This document shows positions 57,628 to 60,113 of a stretch of 60,113 nucleotides of DNA, piece by piece. Each line of letters starts with the position of its first letter. The first letter of the stretch is position 1. The stretch comes from Candidatus Gastranaerophilales bacterium. Its GTDB lineage: Bacteria > Cyanobacteriota > Vampirovibrionia > Gastranaerophilales > Gastranaerophilaceae. Location of the stretch: the NCBI GenBank assembly GCA_944322705.1, contig CALUPR010000001.1, positions 1 through 60,113 on the forward strand, written 5' to 3'. Position numbers and translations under genes: made by a program. The notes under the pieces are model-generated. The model was not told the DNA's origin. It worked only from the letters and a program-made list of their open reading frames with translations, and searched no databases.

Positions 57628-58891
57628 AACCGTTTTTGGCAATTGAGGATTCAGCCTTGATTGAAGTCAGAGGCTGCGGGATTTCCGTTATATATTGACC
57701 GTCAACAAGTTTAGCTATTACTTTTAATGATAAAGCAGCAGTCCTTCCGGGATTTAATTCAACAATAGAAGTGATTTTAGAAGAACCGTCATTCATTTTA
57801 TTTATTTGGATTATATAATCATAATCTGACAAAACTTTTGCTTTAGCATATTTTTCAGGCAAAGAATACTCAGCCATAAATGCAGATGTCAACTTTGTAA
57901 TTGCCGAATCAACGGTCGGCGCTCTTAACGTAAATATAAAGCCTTTTCTTTCCGAAAAATCCGATAAAGGATAATTTAGATCCGCGAATATATAATCAGA
58001 AGAAATTTTCAATAAATTATTGAACAAAGCATTTTTGTCAAAAGAATTTTCCGGCATTGTAAACTTAATTAAATTATCATTTTCTGTTGATAACTGTTTA
58101 TAATTTTCAAGAAGTATTGAACGAGCAGGTGCGTTTACTGAATTGATCAAGACATCAAGAAAAAAAGACTTCCCGGAATTTATATCACCGGAAATTATAA
58201 GATTTTTACCGTCATTCAACATGGAAATAATAAAGTCAAAAATTTCTTTTGTTGTTAAATTTTTTTCAAACAAAACTTTGATATCAGGAGTTAAAATTTT
58301 GCGTATTGTTAAATTTATTCCGCTTTCACAAACAGGAGGGAATACTAATGATATTAAATATTTATCCGTTTTAAAGTTAAAGATTTTTTTAGATGAAGTA
58401 AAATTTTCGTTACACAATTTAAATATATTATTTATTATTATATTTAATTGAGCATCAGAGAGCAGAATTTCAGTATTTAAAATTTTATTTCCTATTTCAA
58501 TATGTACTCCCCTTGTTCCATTTACAAAAACAGCTGAAACATTTTCTTTGGAAAGTAAAAAATCAAGCGGACCTAAGCCTGATAACAATGCATACATTTC
58601 AGATACTAAATTATTTTTTTCGCTGTCGGAAAGAGTTATTTTTTCAAAATTTAAACGCACATCAATAAAGCTACTAATCATTTCTTTTTGCTTTAAGTCA
58701 GTATACTCTGTCCATACAGGAATAGAAGCAATTTTATTAAATAATAAATCTTTTAAATCAGATATTATATCTTCTATATTTTTTGCACTGTGAGTATAAA
58801 CAGAATTTTCAATATCTTGCGTTTGAATATTTAAATTATTTACCAAAATTTCTTTTTTAAATCTGTCGCCTAGTCTGCTGCTTTTTAACAA
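57596..58891 (-). CDS. Degenerate CpaF/TadA-like secretion ATPase
   Basis: GLGPLDFLL...VFVNG, LTIRK, SGDINSGKS Walker A; Walker B eroded. Confidence 0.8.
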   Translation of the reverse strand: MLKSSRLGDRFKKEILVNNLNIQTQDIENSVYTHSAKNIEDIISDLKDLLFNKIASIPVWTEYTDLKQKEMISSFIDVRLNFEKITLSDSEKNNLVSEMYALLSGLGPLDFLLSKENVSAVFVNGTRGVHIEIGNKILNTEILLSDAQLNIIINNIFKLCNENFTSSKKIFNFKTDKYLISLVFPPVCESGINLTIRKILTPDIKVLFEKNLTTKEIFDFIISMLNDGKNLIISGDINSGKSFFLDVLINSVNAPARSILLENYKQLSTENDNLIKFTMPENSFDKNALFNNLLKISSDYIFADLNYPLSDFSERKGFIFTLRAPTVDSAITKLTSAFMAEYSLPEKYAKAKVLSDYDYIIQINKMNDGSSKITSIVELNPGRTAALSLKVIAKLVDGQYITEIPQPLTSIKAESSIAKNGSMHSRFLNSD

Positions 58892-58892
58892 T

Positions 58893-60062
58893 TTATACCC
58901 TTCCTTGTTTTTTAGTAAAATTTTGCCTGTACATACTGTCGGAAATCATAAGCGCAAGGTTCTTAAAGCTTAAAGCGAGATTGGAATCAGGATTAATCAT
59001 TGAAACAGGGACTCCTTTATTTATGGCTGACATCATTGTAAAATAATTATTCGGGATCTTCCAGTAAATATTTTTTCCCAGCACTTCTTCAACATCATCA
59101 GCGCTTATTTCATCATTTTCCATATAACGGTTAATAAGAATTTGAATTTTTTCATCCTCTAATCCAATTTTGTCAAACAACTCCATACATCTCTGACAAT
59201 TTCTTAAAGCAGGGAGGTTCACTATTGTGACAAAAAGAATTAAATCAGAATTTTCCAAAGCATTAATTGCCTTACTGTCAAAGCCGCCGAAAGTATCAAC
59301 TACAACATAAGAAAAAGTATCACGTAAAATTGAGAACAATTTTGTTATATCTTTTGAAGAAACATTGTCCGCCTGTTTAAAATAAGGCGGATCTGCCAGA
59401 ATATAAAGACTTGTATCTTTGTATTTTTCTAAAGTTGAAAGAAGAAAGTCTTCATTTATCTTATCAAGATTTTGAAGCATATAAGAAATATTAAATGACG
59501 GTTTTAAATCAAAAAAAGTTGTAATATCGCCGAGTTGAAAATTCAAATCAATCAATGCAACATTTTCTTTGGTTATTTTCGCAAGTTCAAGAGCCAGATT
59601 TGCAGCAATAGATGTTTTCCCGACCCCACCCTTGTTGGAATAAACAGTAACTACCCTGCATTTTGATTTTTTGGGTTTAGCACCTGTCATATCAAGATAA
59701 TGTTTTGTTAAAACATCAAAAAATTCATCTTTAATTAAAGGCAGCGAGATAAAATCTGAAGCACCTATACGCATCGCTCTGATTACAAGATCAACTTGAG
59801 GTTTGTCAGACAATACAATAACCCTGCAATTTTTAAATTCAGAGGTAATTTTTGAAACAAAATTCAAGCCTTGTTCCTGATATAAGGAAATATCAATAAT
59901 AACAAGAGATTTTTCTAATTCTTTGATTGCATTGCAAACTTTAGAAAAATCGGATGTTGAAGCAAGAAAATTAAAATTTTCAAACTCCTGAAGATATAAT
60001 TTCAAAAGTTCGCATGTACTCTGCTGCTCAGATACAACAATTGTTGGAATACTCTGTTTCAT
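58893..60062 (-). CDS. cpaE: CpaE/TadZ-like pilus assembly protein (REC-like plus MinD/ParA ATPase)
   Basis: N-terminal receiver-like domain, KGGVGKT, LIDLNFQLGD, IPN...AINKG. Confidence 0.88.
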   Translation of the reverse strand: MKQSIPTIVVSEQQSTCELLKLYLQEFENFNFLASTSDFSKVCNAIKELEKSLVIIDISLYQEQGLNFVSKITSEFKNCRVIVLSDKPQVDLVIRAMRIGASDFISLPLIKDEFFDVLTKHYLDMTGAKPKKSKCRVVTVYSNKGGVGKTSIAANLALELAKITKENVALIDLNFQLGDITTFFDLKPSFNISYMLQNLDKINEDFLLSTLEKYKDTSLYILADPPYFKQADNVSSKDITKLFSILRDTFSYVVVDTFGGFDSKAINALENSDLILFVTIVNLPALRNCQRCMELFDKIGLEDEKIQILINRYMENDEISADDVEEVLGKNIYWKIPNNYFTMMSAINKGVPVSMINPDSNLALSFKNLALMISDSMYRQNFTKKQGRV

Positions 60063-60113
60063 AAAAGTATCTTAGCATATTAAACTAAAAGTAACAAGTT
60101 TTTAATATTACCA

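Noticed and set aside
1557-58793. Numerous 60-140 aa ORFs antisense to or nested in long genes
   Set aside because: They overlap confidently identified genes and show no recognisable motifs

Overview
AT-rich chromosomal window. It is most consistent with a non-photosynthetic Melainabacterium (Gastranaerophilales-like), inferred from cyanobacteria-like RpsE/SecY/ThrB/UvrB sequences, anaerobe oxidative-defence genes (desulfoferrodoxin, ferritin) and the absence of photosynthesis genes in the window. Content is mostly shuffled housekeeping genes: recG, eda/kdgK, csaB, a detached rpsE-rpmD-rplO-secY block, rpsL-rpsG without fusA/tuf, thrB, leuD, wecB, lgt, ruvX, tilS, hpt, uvrB, tad cpaE/cpaF-like genes, tRNA-Leu(UAA) and a large (Alu-type) SRP RNA. 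No transposase, prophage or CRISPR array was found. Most notable: (1) a dispersed regulatory motif resembling the cyanobacterial RpaB HLR1 box, coupled either to a sigma28 promoter or to an unfamiliar bipartite promoter-like element, upstream of orphan genes lacking signal peptides and of one candidate sRNA; (2) two apparent paralogues with flagellin-like architecture but no flagellin signature; (3) a bacterial homologue of mitochondrial MTFP1/MTP18; (4) an operon encoding ATPase-less Clp receptor domains (a stand-alone ClpX zinc finger and a triple Clp-N protein); (5) several apparent pseudo-enzymes. All calls were made by eye; no database searches were run.
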